Assembly (NCBI GenBank): GCA_019931245.1
Contig: JAINDL010000011.1
Coordinates: forward strand, 13,531-77,530
Source: Bryobacteraceae bacterium CoA2 C42
GTDB lineage: Bacteria > Acidobacteriota > Terriglobia > Bryobacterales > Bryobacteraceae
Reading direction: 5' to 3'
DNA: 64,000 nucleotides
The stretch's first letter is position 1; the number at the start of each line of letters is the position of its first letter. The position numbers and the translations under genes were made by a program. Below are positions 19,483 to 29,341 of this stretch, piece by piece. The notes beneath the pieces were generated by a model. The model was not told the origin of the DNA. It did not search any database and was given only the letters and a program-made list of their open reading frames with translations.

Positions 19483-20283
19483 ATGAGGACGTTCTTAGCC
19501 ACCTTTTTCCTGCTGGGCGCGCTGGCCTGTGCGCAGAAGCCAAATACGGCCGTGACCGGGTACACGGATACGCCGGAGATTCCCGGGCAGAAGTGGCGGG
19601 TGCACGATGCGACCCGTCCGAAGCCGGTGGTGGTGACGCCGGGTGCTAAGCTGGGCGATCCGCCCTCGGACGCGATTATTCTTTTCGATGGGAAGGATCT
19701 TTCCCAGTGGGAGTTTTCCGGTAAGCGGGGTAAGGCGCCGAAGCCGTGGAAGGTGGAAAACGGGTACTTTGAAATAGTGCCGGGCGCCGGCGATGCGGTA
19801 ACCAAAGAGAAGTTCGGCGATATGCAGCTGCACATTGAGTATATGCAGCTGCCGGGGAACACGAAGTTAGGGCAGAACCGGGGGAACAGCGGGGTGCTGA
19901 TTATGAACCGCTATGAGATTCAGGTGCTGGACAGTTACGGCGATCCGACTTATGCCGACGGGCAGGCGGGGGCGATCTACGGGCAGTGGCCGCCGATGGT
20001 GAATGCGATCCGGAAACCGGGCGAATGGAACGCCTATGACATTGTGTTTGAGGCGCCGAAGTTTGAGGGTGAGAAGTTGGTTAAGCCGCCGTATGTTACT
20101 GTGTTTTTTAACGGTGTGATGGTGCATAACCGGCAGGAGATTACCGGGCCGATGGCGCACCGGGTGAATCTGCCGTTCAAGGCCCACGGGGCGGAGGAGC
20201 CGCTGGGCTTGCAGGACCATAACGAGTTTGTGCGTTTCCGTAACATCTGGGCGCGGAAGTTGAAGGGCTACGACCGGAAGTAG
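19483..20283 (+). CDS. DUF1080-type (3-keto-disaccharide hydrolase-like) secreted protein
   Basis: Signal peptide MRTFLATFFLLGALACAQ at ATG 19483. Motifs NSGVLIMNRYEIQVLDS and LGLQDHNEFVRFRNIWARKL. The tracked 18655 start is an antisense extension through polX and was rejected. Confidence 0.85.
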   Translation: MRTFLATFFLLGALACAQKPNTAVTGYTDTPEIPGQKWRVHDATRPKPVVVTPGAKLGDPPSDAIILFDGKDLSQWEFSGKRGKAPKPWKVENGYFEIVPGAGDAVTKEKFGDMQLHIEYMQLPGNTKLGQNRGNSGVLIMNRYEIQVLDSYGDPTYADGQAGAIYGQWPPMVNAIRKPGEWNAYDIVFEAPKFEGEKLVKPPYVTVFFNGVMVHNRQEITGPMAHRVNLPFKAHGAEEPLGLQDHNEFVRFRNIWARKLKGYDRK

Positions 20284-20286
20284 GCG

Positions 20287-20787
20287 ATGGCCAACGCGGA
20301 GAATTTTGCCGAGGCCGAGTGGGCGGTGATCTGTGACGCCGCCCATGCGGCCGGGCTGGCGATGATGCTGGTGGGAAGCAGCGGACTCGTTGGTTCGCTG
20401 CGGGAGATGTTGGTGGCGGGGCGCACAGCGGCGGGCGGGGCGCGGGATGCGAGCGAGTTAATCCGGGCGCTGTGTGCTCCGGCGGCGATGCAGGCGATGC
20501 AGACGCGCGTGGCGGGGACGCTGTCGGGGGTGGAGGGGGAGGATCCGCGAGTGGTCCTGCGGGCGCGGGCGTTGGCTTGGCTGGGGGAGGCGGTGGCGGT
20601 GCTGCGGCGGAAGGCGCCGGAGGAGTTGGTGGCGTACCGGACTTGGGTGTTGGGATTCGCCGGGCGGGTGGCGGCGGCGGGGAGCGAAGGGGGGCCGTTG
20701 GGGATCCGGGGGGAAAGGGTAAGCGCGGAGGAGGCGGACCTGCTCGCCTCGCTTCGCGCGGTGTTCGTAATGGCCGACGGGGGTTAG
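20287..20787 (+). CDS. Hypothetical alanine-rich helical protein
   Basis: GC3-rich ORF starting 3 nt after the preceding stop. I recognised no motif. Confidence 0.5.
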   Translation: MANAENFAEAEWAVICDAAHAAGLAMMLVGSSGLVGSLREMLVAGRTAAGGARDASELIRALCAPAAMQAMQTRVAGTLSGVEGEDPRVVLRARALAWLGEAVAVLRRKAPEELVAYRTWVLGFAGRVAAAGSEGGPLGIRGERVSAEEADLLASLRAVFVMADGG

Positions 20788-21104
20788 AGGACCCTAAGCG
20801 GGAGATCGAAGTTGTAATTCCAGTGATAGTGGAACAGGCAGGCGGAGTTGTCGTCCGGTGACTTCATTTTATAGACTATGTAGCCTTTTCCATCGTTGAT
20901 CTTAACGCGAAAGACGCCAGCTTCCTGCTCCTTCTTCTTGATGCCGTCGACGGCGGCTCCGAGGGCCTGCTTGAAGGCCACTTTGAGGGTGATTTCGTCC
21001 GATGCCCCGTGTTTTTGGGCGCTGTCGCTGATGTAGAGATTCAGAATAGTCCGGTCCTTAGCGTCATCGAGGTAGACATTGGCGCCGGCAAGTAATAGTT
21101 TCAT
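20784..21104 (-). CDS. Hypothetical small protein (106 aa) with atypically low GC
   Basis: The ORF starts 3 nt after the stop of the GH88-like gene on the same strand. Its sequence is visibly more AT-rich than its neighbours. No signal peptide and no recognised motif. Confidence 0.55.
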   Translation of the reverse strand: MKLLLAGANVYLDDAKDRTILNLYISDSAQKHGASDEITLKVAFKQALGAAVDGIKKKEQEAGVFRVKINDGKGYIVYKMKSPDDNSACLFHYHWNYNFDLPLRVL

Positions 21105-21107
21105 TTC

Positions 21108-22442
21108 TTAGCTCCAGAAAGTAAGGTAGGGTTTCTGTTCGATCAGGCGGCCGAGATAGAGGCCGAGTTCGCGCAGGTGGTAGTCGCCCCATTGACAGCT
21201 TTCGCCGCAGGGGATTTGGGAGCCGGGCGGAACGTAATCCCACCCGTTTGGGCGGTGGTAGATGCTGTGAAGCAGCAAACCCTGGTGGTCCGGGTCGGTG
21301 CTGAGATAGGGTGCGGCGAGCAGGGTGCGGGCGACGGTGAGGCCGGCCTGGAAGTAGCGGGGTTCGTCGAGGTAGCGGCCGAGCCGGAGGAGGGCCTGGG
21401 CGGCGATGGCGGCGGCGGAGGAGTCGACGGGTTCGTGAGCGTTGTAGGGATCGGCGGGGCGGCTGAGGTAGTCGCCCATGCGAGCGAGGCCGGGGGCGCC
21501 GGTGTCCCAGTAGGGAACGCCATCGGTGGGGGTGTGGGCGAGGTAGAAGTTGCAGGTGGCGCAGGCGGCGCGGAGCATGAAGGCCTGGGCATCGGCATGG
21601 TCGCCGGGTTCGGTGGCGAGGAATTCGAGTTGTTCGGCATAGCCGAGCATGGCCCAGGCGAGGCCGCGCGTCCAGGTGGTGAACGGGGAGTAGCCCTGTT
21701 GGGAACTGGGGCAGCGTTTGTTGCCGTCGTTACGGTTGAAGACGATTTCGTGGGCGGTGCGGCCGGCGATGTCGTAGGCGTCGCGGCCTTCGCCATAGAA
21801 GACAATGTGGTTGGCGGTTGTGCGAGCGTGCTGGATCATGCGGTCGAGCAGGGAGATGCGTCGGTCGTTTTCGCCCATGAGGACGTGGCCGAGGCGGTGG
21901 GAAAGCGACAGAGCGCGGAGGGTGCGCATGGTGTCGACGAAGAGGGAGTGGGGGCCGTTGAAGGAGTAGATGTAGCCGAGGCCGTCGGCGGTGTCGCTCC
22001 AGCGGGCGGCCTGGACCGCGCCGGAGCATTGGAGGGCGAGGATGTAGAACTGCTCCTCCCAGAAGTTGGGGGCGATGCGGCCTTCGCGGAGGAGGCGCAG
22101 GAGGTTGCCGTAGGTGCTGACGTTATTGAAGCCGTGGTCGTGGACGCCGGTGTGAGTGATGTGCGGAGCCATGTAGCGGCGGGTGTGTTCGCGGCCGATT
22201 TCGAGAAAACGCTCATCGCCAGTGGCGTCGAATTGAAGAATGGGGGCGCCGAACTGGAAACCCTGGGTCCACTCGGTCCAGCCGCGGCTGGTGTAGCGGC
22301 CGGCGACGGTGAAGACGGGGGCGCCGGATTCGGGTTTCCAACTCGCTTCGAGGCTGAGGATTTTGGCTGCCGAAGCCTGCCACAGCGAGTTGAGGCCGGG
22401 GCTCAGGGCCGCCGGTTGCAGTTCCATGTCAACAGAGATCAT
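21108..22442 (-). CDS. Six-hairpin glycoside hydrolase, GH88-like (unsaturated glucuronyl hydrolase-like)
   Basis: Motifs GWTEWTQGF and HDHGFNN resemble GH88 active-site regions. Size is about 440 aa. The family assignment is from memory, not from a search. Confidence 0.55.
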   Translation of the reverse strand: MISVDMELQPAALSPGLNSLWQASAAKILSLEASWKPESGAPVFTVAGRYTSRGWTEWTQGFQFGAPILQFDATGDERFLEIGREHTRRYMAPHITHTGVHDHGFNNVSTYGNLLRLLREGRIAPNFWEEQFYILALQCSGAVQAARWSDTADGLGYIYSFNGPHSLFVDTMRTLRALSLSHRLGHVLMGENDRRISLLDRMIQHARTTANHIVFYGEGRDAYDIAGRTAHEIVFNRNDGNKRCPSSQQGYSPFTTWTRGLAWAMLGYAEQLEFLATEPGDHADAQAFMLRAACATCNFYLAHTPTDGVPYWDTGAPGLARMGDYLSRPADPYNAHEPVDSSAAAIAAQALLRLGRYLDEPRYFQAGLTVARTLLAAPYLSTDPDHQGLLLHSIYHRPNGWDYVPPGSQIPCGESCQWGDYHLRELGLYLGRLIEQKPYLTFWS

Positions 22443-22469
22443 TGGTTCCCAGTGTAACGGTTGGCGGGG

Positions 22470-23348
22470 CTAGCCAGCATCGGCCGGTTCGACGTGGACG
22501 AGGACGTTCTGCACCCAGGGCAGCTGCTGCTTGATGGCGGTTTTGACGCTGCCGGCGATGATGTGGGACTGGCGGACGGTGAGGTCGGGGTCGACGTGGA
22601 GGTGGAGATCGACGTGATACTGGAGGCCGGTTTTGCGGGCGTAGCATTTTTCGACGTCGAGGGCGCCGGGCACGGAGCGGGCGACGGCGCGGATGGCCTG
22701 GAGCTTGGCGTCCTCGGGCATGGTGTCCATCAGCTGCAGGGCGGTTTCGCGGATGACGCGGGTGCCGAGGTAGCTGACGATGAGGCCGACGGCGACGCCG
22801 CCGAGGTGGTCGGCTTCGGCGAAGCGGACGGGGTCGGAGAGGTTGAGGCTGACGGCGGCGAGCGCGACGGCGCCGGACAGGATATCGACGAAGTCGTTCT
22901 GGCCGTCGGCGAGGAGAGCGGCGCTGTGGACGCGCTTGGCGTAGTGAATTTTGAGGGCGGCGGAGGCGGCTTTGGCGGCGATCGAGAAGACGAGGGCCCA
23001 GAGGGCGTAGGTCTGGGGCGGGGCTTCGGCGGTACCGATGCGGAGCCAGCTACTCCAGCAGATGGCGGCGCCGGTGGCGGCGAGGATGGTGCCCATCATC
23101 AGGCCGGTGAGAATTTCAAAGCGGCCGTGGCCGTAGGGATGGTTCTCGTCGGCGGGGCGGGCGGCGATGGTGAGGCCCAGCCAGACGAGGCCGCTGCTGA
23201 TGACGTCGGCCGCCGATTCAAAGCCATCGGCGACTACGGCGGTCGAGAGGGCGCGGGTGCCGACGACGATTTTCATGACCGCCAGCACGCCGCTCACCGC
23301 CATACCGCTGAGGGCGAGGCGGCGGGCGAGGGCGTACGAGCGGACCAT
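22470..23348 (-). CDS. Cation diffusion facilitator (CDF) family metal efflux transporter
   Basis: Six TM helices with conserved Asp/His sites (ESAADVISS, LADGQNDFVDI) and a C-terminal cytoplasmic domain ...YHVDLHLHVDPDLTV. Confidence 0.88.
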   Translation of the reverse strand: MVRSYALARRLALSGMAVSGVLAVMKIVVGTRALSTAVVADGFESAADVISSGLVWLGLTIAARPADENHPYGHGRFEILTGLMMGTILAATGAAICWSSWLRIGTAEAPPQTYALWALVFSIAAKAASAALKIHYAKRVHSAALLADGQNDFVDILSGAVALAAVSLNLSDPVRFAEADHLGGVAVGLIVSYLGTRVIRETALQLMDTMPEDAKLQAIRAVARSVPGALDVEKCYARKTGLQYHVDLHLHVDPDLTVRQSHIIAGSVKTAIKQQLPWVQNVLVHVEPADAG

Positions 23349-23351
23349 GGG

Positions 23352-26300
23352 TTACCCGATAACGATCAGGAGATCTTTGGCGTCGACCTGCTGACCGGGC
23401 TGGACCAGTTTTTTGGTGATCTTGCCGGCGATGGGGGCGTAGACGGTGCTCTGCATCTTCATGGCTTCGAGGACGAGCAGGCGGTCTCCTTTGGCGATGG
23501 TCTGGCCCTCTTCGACGGCTACCGAGGAGATGGCGCCTGGAATCGGGGCGCCGACGTGGCCGGCTTGGAGGGGGTCAGCCTGGGGCCGGGCGGCGACGGT
23601 GGCCTGGAGGCTGCGATCGCGGACGACGACTTCGCGGGGTTGGCCATTGAGGTCGAAGAAGACGGTGCGGGTGCCGTCGGGGTGGGGCTCCGACATGGTC
23701 TGGAACTTGATGATCAGGAGCTTGCCGGGTTCGATTTCGACGGTGATCTCTTCGCCGCGCTTCATGCCGTAGAAGAACTGGGGGGTGGGCAAAGCTTCGA
23801 GGTCGCCATACTGCTGGTGGGCCCGGGCGAACTTAGTGAAGACGTCCGGATACATGAGGTAGCTGAGAACGTCGGTGCGGGTGGGCTTCCGGCCGATCTT
23901 TTTTTCGAGGGCGGTTTCGGTTTCTTTGAGGTCGACGGCGGGTAGCAGCGCGCCGGGGCGGCCCTTGCGCGGTTTGCCGCCTTTGAGGATGACGCTCGTG
24001 AGCTTTTTCGGCCAGCCGCCGGGGGGCTCGCCGAGTGAGCCCTCAAACATGTCGATGACCGAGTTGGGCAGGGTCATGGTGTGGTTGGGGCCGAGATTTT
24101 CAATCTCTGACATCGTAAGTCCGTGGCTGACGAGGAAGATGGCCATATCGCCGACGACCTTCGAGGACGGAGTTACTTTGACGATATCGCCGAAGGCCAT
24201 GTTCACTTCGGCGTAGGCACGGGCGATTTGCGGCCATTTCGGTCCAAGGCCCATGCTTTCGGCCTGTTCCTTGAGGTTCGTAAACTGGCCGCCGGGCATT
24301 TCATGGAGATAGACCTCGGCGGTGCCGGCGCGAAGGCCGCTATCGAAGGGGAGATAGTAAGTGCGGACGGTTTCCCAGTAATCGGAACAGCGATTGAGGG
24401 CGTCGAGGTTGAGTCCGGTCGAGCGGGGGGTGTGAGCGAGGGCGGCGACGAGCGAGTTCAGATTGGGCTGGGAGGTGGTGCCGGACATCGCGGCGAGCGC
24501 GGCATCGACGGCGTCGGCGCCGGCATCGGCGGCCTTGAGGATGGAGGAGGCGTTGATGCCACTGGTATCGTGCGTGTGGAAGTGCACGGGGAGGCCGACT
24601 TCGTCCCGGAGAGCCTTGACGAGTTTCTGGGCGGCGTAGGGTTTAGCGAGGCCGGCCATATCCTTGATGCCGAGGATATGGGCGCCCATCTTCTCGAGTT
24701 CCTTGGCCATGTTGACATAGTAAGTCAACGGGTACTTATCGCGCTTCGGGTCGAGGATGTCACCGGTGTAACAGATGGCCGCCTCGCACAGGCGGTTGGT
24801 CTGGCGGACGGCTTCGATGGGCACCTGCATGTTGGGGAGCCAGTTGAGCGAATCGAAGACGCGGAAGATATCGATGCCGTTTTCGGCGGCGCCGGCGATG
24901 AACTCGCGGACGACGTTATCGGGATAGGCGGTGTAGCCGACGGCGTTCGAGGCGCGCAGGAGCATCTGGAAGCAGATGTTGGGGATTGCGGCGCGCAGGA
25001 GGCGGAGGCGCTGCCAGGGGTCTTCGAGCAGGAAGCGCATGGAGACGTCGAAGGTGGCGCCGCCCCACATTTCGAGCGAAAACAGATCGGGCAGTTCGTG
25101 CGCGACGGTATTGGCGATGGCGAGCAGGTCGTAGGTGCGGACGCGGGTGGCGAGAAGGGACTGGTGAGCGTCGCGGAAGGTGGTGTCGGTCAGCAGGAGG
25201 CGCTTTTGTTTGCGCATCCAGGCGGCGAACTTAGCGGGTCCGAGTTCGTCGAGCAGTTGGCGGGTGCCGGGCGGCGGGGGCAGGGGATTGTGGGGCGGGA
25301 GCGGGGCGGGGCGGCATTCCGTGGGGATAGGTTTGCCTTTGACTTCGGCGTTGCCGTTGACGGTGACCTCGCCGAGGTAGGTAAGCAGGCGGGTGGCGCG
25401 GTCCCGGCGCTTGGCGAACTGGAGGAGCGCGGGGGTGTTGGCGAGGAAGGAGGTGTTGATCTGGCCGGCCTGGAAGTCCGGATGATTGATGACGTTTTCA
25501 AGGAACGGGACGTTGGTTTTGACGCCGCGGATGCGGAACTCGCGCAGAGCGCGGTCCATGCGGGCGCAGGCTTCCGGAAAGGTGCGGCCCCAGGCGGTGA
25601 CTTTAACGAGTAGCGAATCGTAGAACGGGGTGATGACGGCGCCGCCGTAGGCGCTGGCGCCATCGAGACGGATGCCGAAGCCGGCCGGGGAGCGGTAGGT
25701 CTGGATCTTACCGTAGTCGGGGACGAAGCCGTTGGCGGGGTCTTCGGTGGTGACGCGGCACTGGAGGGCGGTGCCGTGGAGCGGGACCTGGTTTTGGGGC
25801 GGGAGGTCCATTTCGGGGCCGTGGAGGGCGCAGCCCTGGGCGATCTGGATTTGGGACCGGACGATGTCGATGCCAGTGATCATCTCGGTGACGGTGTGTT
25901 CGACCTGCACGCGGGGGTTGACTTCGATGAAGAACCACTCGCCGGTGTCGGTATCGACGAGGAACTCGACGGTGCCGGCGTTGTAATAGCCAGCGGTGCG
26001 CGCCAGGCGGACGGCGGCGTCGGCGAGTTCGGCGCGGATGCGCGGGTCGAGACCGATGGCGGGCGCGACTTCGACGACCTTCTGGTGGCGGCGCTGCACG
26101 GAGCAGTCGCGTTCGTACAGGTGCATGACCTCGCCGTGCTTGTCGGCGAGGATCTGGACTTCGACGTGGCGGGGGCGGCGGATGTAGCGTTCGATGAAGA
26201 CGGCGTCGTTGCCGAAGGCGGCGCCGGCTTCGGCTTGGGCTTCGGCGAGTTTAGCGGGCAGGTCGGCGGCGGTATCTACGACGCGCATGCCGCGGCCGCC

Positions 26301-26789
26301 ACCGCCGAAGGCGGCTTTTACGATGACGGGAAAACCGATTTTTTCGGCAGCGGCGACGGCTTTTTGGGGGTCGCGGATGGGCTTGGGGGTGCCGGGGACG
26401 ACGCGGACGCCGGCTTTTTCGGCCAGGGTGCGGGCGGCGGTCTTGTCGCCGAGCATTTCGAGGATTTCGGCGCTGGGTCCGATGAAGGTGATACCGTGCT
26501 TCTCGCAGGCGCGGGGCAGGGCGGGGTTTTCGCTCAAGAAACCGTAGCCGGGGTGAATGGCGTCGACGCCTTTTTCGGCGGCAAGGGCGCAGATGCCGTC
26601 GACGTCGAGGTAGGCTTGCACGGGACCTTTGCCTTCGCCGATCAGATAGGCTTCGTCGGCCTTGAAGCGATGGAGGCTGAGACGGTCTTCCTGAGAGTAG
26701 ACGGCGACGGTGCGGAGGCCCAGTTCATTGGCGGCGCGGAGGATGCGGATGGCGATTTCGCCTCGATTGAGCGCAAGCAGTTTTCTCAT
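23352..26789 (-). CDS. pyc: Pyruvate carboxylase (single-chain)
   Basis: 1145 aa: an N-terminal biotin carboxylase ATP-grasp domain (KAAFGGGGRGMRVV), a central carboxyltransferase TIM barrel (HFHTHDTSG), and a C-terminal biotinyl domain with LEAMKMQ. Confidence 0.95.
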   Translation of the reverse strand: MRKLLALNRGEIAIRILRAANELGLRTVAVYSQEDRLSLHRFKADEAYLIGEGKGPVQAYLDVDGICALAAEKGVDAIHPGYGFLSENPALPRACEKHGITFIGPSAEILEMLGDKTAARTLAEKAGVRVVPGTPKPIRDPQKAVAAAEKIGFPVIVKAAFGGGGRGMRVVDTAADLPAKLAEAQAEAGAAFGNDAVFIERYIRRPRHVEVQILADKHGEVMHLYERDCSVQRRHQKVVEVAPAIGLDPRIRAELADAAVRLARTAGYYNAGTVEFLVDTDTGEWFFIEVNPRVQVEHTVTEMITGIDIVRSQIQIAQGCALHGPEMDLPPQNQVPLHGTALQCRVTTEDPANGFVPDYGKIQTYRSPAGFGIRLDGASAYGGAVITPFYDSLLVKVTAWGRTFPEACARMDRALREFRIRGVKTNVPFLENVINHPDFQAGQINTSFLANTPALLQFAKRRDRATRLLTYLGEVTVNGNAEVKGKPIPTECRPAPLPPHNPLPPPPGTRQLLDELGPAKFAAWMRKQKRLLLTDTTFRDAHQSLLATRVRTYDLLAIANTVAHELPDLFSLEMWGGATFDVSMRFLLEDPWQRLRLLRAAIPNICFQMLLRASNAVGYTAYPDNVVREFIAGAAENGIDIFRVFDSLNWLPNMQVPIEAVRQTNRLCEAAICYTGDILDPKRDKYPLTYYVNMAKELEKMGAHILGIKDMAGLAKPYAAQKLVKALRDEVGLPVHFHTHDTSGINASSILKAADAGADAVDAALAAMSGTTSQPNLNSLVAALAHTPRSTGLNLDALNRCSDYWETVRTYYLPFDSGLRAGTAEVYLHEMPGGQFTNLKEQAESMGLGPKWPQIARAYAEVNMAFGDIVKVTPSSKVVGDMAIFLVSHGLTMSEIENLGPNHTMTLPNSVIDMFEGSLGEPPGGWPKKLTSVILKGGKPRKGRPGALLPAVDLKETETALEKKIGRKPTRTDVLSYLMYPDVFTKFARAHQQYGDLEALPTPQFFYGMKRGEEITVEIEPGKLLIIKFQTMSEPHPDGTRTVFFDLNGQPREVVVRDRSLQATVAARPQADPLQAGHVGAPIPGAISSVAVEEGQTIAKGDRLLVLEAMKMQSTVYAPIAGKITKKLVQPGQQVDAKDLLIVIG

Positions 26790-26831
26790 GGTCGGGACAG
26801 TGGGAAGGATAGACTTTCAGTGTGGCATAGG

Positions 26832-27281
26832 TTAACGGGTTTCCATGTTCTGGGCCCACTGGCTGAGGTAGGCCTCTTCGGCGAGGGCCTGCTCCTCGCG
26901 AGCGGCCTCGCTTTCCCAGCGCTGGCGACCGCGGTCGCGGAGTTTTTCCAGAAGTTGTTGATTTCGTTTGGCATCGAGGACGCGCCGGTTCTGTTCCTGG
27001 ATCCGGGAGATACAGTCGGCGGTGGACTGGGCCTGACGGCGTTGCTGGCTGGTCACCCAGCGGCGGTAGCCTTCCAACCGGACGAGGTCCTCGCCCGTCA
27101 GCGGGCCGCCGGAATGGAGCACTTCGGCCTGACTGCGTTCGAGCTCGTTCCGGAGCGCCTCCGTTTGCGCTTGCAGATTCTCGAGTTCCCGGTAGAGCGC
27201 GGCCAGTTCGGCTTCGGCGGATTCGGTTTGCTGGATGCGGAGTCGAAGAACCCCGTCAAGAGTGAATTGGTAGCGTTTCAC
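26832..27281 (-). CDS. fliJ: Flagellar export chaperone FliJ
   Basis: A 149-aa all-helical protein rich in Q, E and R, immediately downstream of fliI in the canonical order. Confidence 0.75.
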   Translation of the reverse strand: MKRYQFTLDGVLRLRIQQTESAEAELAALYRELENLQAQTEALRNELERSQAEVLHSGGPLTGEDLVRLEGYRRWVTSQQRRQAQSTADCISRIQEQNRRVLDAKRNQQLLEKLRDRGRQRWESEAAREEQALAEEAYLSQWAQNMETR

Positions 27282-27287
27282 GGGAGA

Positions 27288-28616
27288 TTATCCGAGTTCG
27301 GCGGCCAGCGCGGTCAGTATCTCGAGGGTGCCTTGGCGATTGATTTTCTCTTCAGGGGCTTGCTTGAGGAATCGTTCGAGGGAGCCGCGGGTGCGGATGG
27401 CGGCGTCAAGCAGCGGGTTGCTGCCGGCGGCGTAGGCGCCGAGGTTGATGAGGTCTTCAGCGCGGCGGTAAGCGGCCATGGATTCGCGGACCTTGCGCAT
27501 GGCGTCTTTTTGCTGGGGGGTGGCGATCTGCGACGAGAGGCGGCTGACGGATTGGAGGATGTCAATGGCCGGGTAATGACCGGCGGCCCCGAGGTCGCGC
27601 GAGAGGATGATGTGGCCGTCGAGGATGCCGCGCGTGGCGTCGCAGATGGGTTCGTTGAAGTCGTCTCCTTCGACAAGGACGGTGAAGAAGCCGGTGATGG
27701 AGCCGCCTTCAAAGTTGCCGGCGCGTTCGAAGATCTTGGGGAGGAGGTTGAAGACTGAGGGCGGGTAGCCCTTCTGGCTGGGCGGTTCGCCGGCGGCGAG
27801 TCCGATTTCGCGCTGGGCCATGGCGAGGCGGGTGACCGAGTCCATGACGAGGAGGACGGCTTTGCTCTGGTCGCGGAAGTACTCGGCGATGGCGAGGGCG
27901 ACGAAGGCGGCGCGGAGGCGGAGCGGGGCGGGTTGGTCCGAGGTGGCGACGACGACGACGGAGCGGGCCAGGCCCTCCGGGCCGAGTTCGTGTTCGAGGA
28001 AGCCGCGGACCTCGCGGTTGCGCTCGCCGATCAGGGCGATGACGCTGACATCGGCGAAGTTGTGTTTCGACATACAGCCGAGCAGCGTGCTTTTGCCGAC
28101 GCCGCTGCCGCCGAACAGGCCGATTCTCTGGCCTTTGCCGCAGGGGAGCATGCCGTCGATGGCTCGGATGCCGGTGATGAGCGGCTCGGAGATGTGGGGC
28201 CGGGCGAGGGGACCGGGCGGGGCCGTGTAGAGCGGATAGAGAGCGGCGGGATCGATGGCAGGGCCACCGTCGATGGGACGGCCGAAGCCGTCGAGAACCC
28301 GGCCCAGCAGTGCCGGGCCGACTTGGACGCGCGCGGCTTCACTGCGGGCGACGATGCGGTCGCCCATCTGGAGGCCATCGGTCTCCTCAAGGGGCATGGA
28401 GAGGAGTTTTCCCTGGCGGAAACCGATGACCTGGGTGCGAATGGCCCGGCCGTTGGCGGCCCGGATTTCGCAGAAATCCCCGAGTCCGGCGGCGGGGCCC
28501 TCTGATTCGACGAGAAGGCCGATCTGCTGGCAGACTTTGCCGCAGGAGACGTAGGGATTGATCCGGGACAGTTGGCGGAGGTAGACGGAGGCGTCGAAGC
28601 GGTCGCGGTTGTTCAT
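27288..28616 (-). CDS. fliI: Flagellum-specific ATPase FliI
   Basis: Walker A GGSGVGKSTLL, Walker B LLVMDSVTR, and F1-beta-like architecture. It lies between fliH and fliJ. Confidence 0.93.
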   Translation of the reverse strand: MNNRDRFDASVYLRQLSRINPYVSCGKVCQQIGLLVESEGPAAGLGDFCEIRAANGRAIRTQVIGFRQGKLLSMPLEETDGLQMGDRIVARSEAARVQVGPALLGRVLDGFGRPIDGGPAIDPAALYPLYTAPPGPLARPHISEPLITGIRAIDGMLPCGKGQRIGLFGGSGVGKSTLLGCMSKHNFADVSVIALIGERNREVRGFLEHELGPEGLARSVVVVATSDQPAPLRLRAAFVALAIAEYFRDQSKAVLLVMDSVTRLAMAQREIGLAAGEPPSQKGYPPSVFNLLPKIFERAGNFEGGSITGFFTVLVEGDDFNEPICDATRGILDGHIILSRDLGAAGHYPAIDILQSVSRLSSQIATPQQKDAMRKVRESMAAYRRAEDLINLGAYAAGSNPLLDAAIRTRGSLERFLKQAPEEKINRQGTLEILTALAAELG

Positions 28617-28621
28617 GGTTT

Positions 28622-29341
28622 TCAGCGGGCATCGGCCAAATCGGTGAAGCCCTGTTCAATTTCGTTCAGCTGCGTCTGGATGCTGGCGTCCAGCAGACCG
28701 CGGGCGGTATCGAAGTGTACGGCGCCGCGCTCGAGGGCGGGATCGGCGATCACCTCCACCGTCTGCGGCAGGCCCATGGCCAGAATCTGGCGTTCAAGGG
28801 CCACCGCATCGGGGGGCGCGAGGCGAATCCGGTAGACTTCGCTCGTGTTGAGGGTTTCGAGGGCGGCCTTGACGATGCCGTGGAGGGCGCTGGGGTCGAC
28901 GGTCAACTCCCGTTTCAGTACCTTGCGGGCGATCGACAGACTGAGGCGGACCATCTCCTGTTCGCTTTCCCGCCGGTAGGAGGGGCGGTAGGCGGCAAGA
29001 TCGGCCGCCGCGCGGGCGAGGCGCTGCAGAGCGGCCTCGAGGGCGGCGTGCGCTTTCTGGTGGCCGGCGGACTCTCCCTCGCGAAAGCCCATCTGCCGGG
29101 CCTGGTCGACCCGCATGGACAGTTCGGCTTCGAGATTGGCCGCCTTCTTTTCGAGCTGGCTGATCTGGCGGATCTGCTGCTGGATCAACTCGTCCTGGCC
29201 GCGGTCCTCGCGGCCTTTGGCATCGCCGTGGGAAATTTCAAAAGCGGACGCACGGTCCGGTACGACGAGCCAGTCCTCGGTCACCGGCTGCTCGGCGCCT
29301 CGGAGGATCTTAGACGACATATTGTTCGCCGCCTCCTCCAC
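28622..29341 (-). CDS. fliH: Flagellar assembly protein FliH
   Basis: A coiled-coil central region and a C-terminal FliH-like domain, in the canonical position between fliG and fliI. It overlaps the fliG 3' end by 32 nt; an alternative start is ATG 29320. Confidence 0.75.
   Translation of the reverse strand: MEEAANNMSSKILRGAEQPVTEDWLVVPDRASAFEISHGDAKGREDRGQDELIQQQIRQISQLEKKAANLEAELSMRVDQARQMGFREGESAGHQKAHAALEAALQRLARAAADLAAYRPSYRRESEQEMVRLSLSIARKVLKRELTVDPSALHGIVKAALETLNTSEVYRIRLAPPDAVALERQILAMGLPQTVEVIADPALERGAVHFDTARGLLDASIQTQLNEIEQGFTDLADAR

Noticed and set aside
22461-27758. Plus-strand ORFs 22461..23945 (494 aa), 24123..25613 (496 aa) and 25776..27758 (660 aa).
   Set aside because: They are antisense to the CDF transporter, pyruvate carboxylase and fliJ/fliI genes. 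The translations are Gly/Ala/Asp/Glu-rich shadow ORFs.
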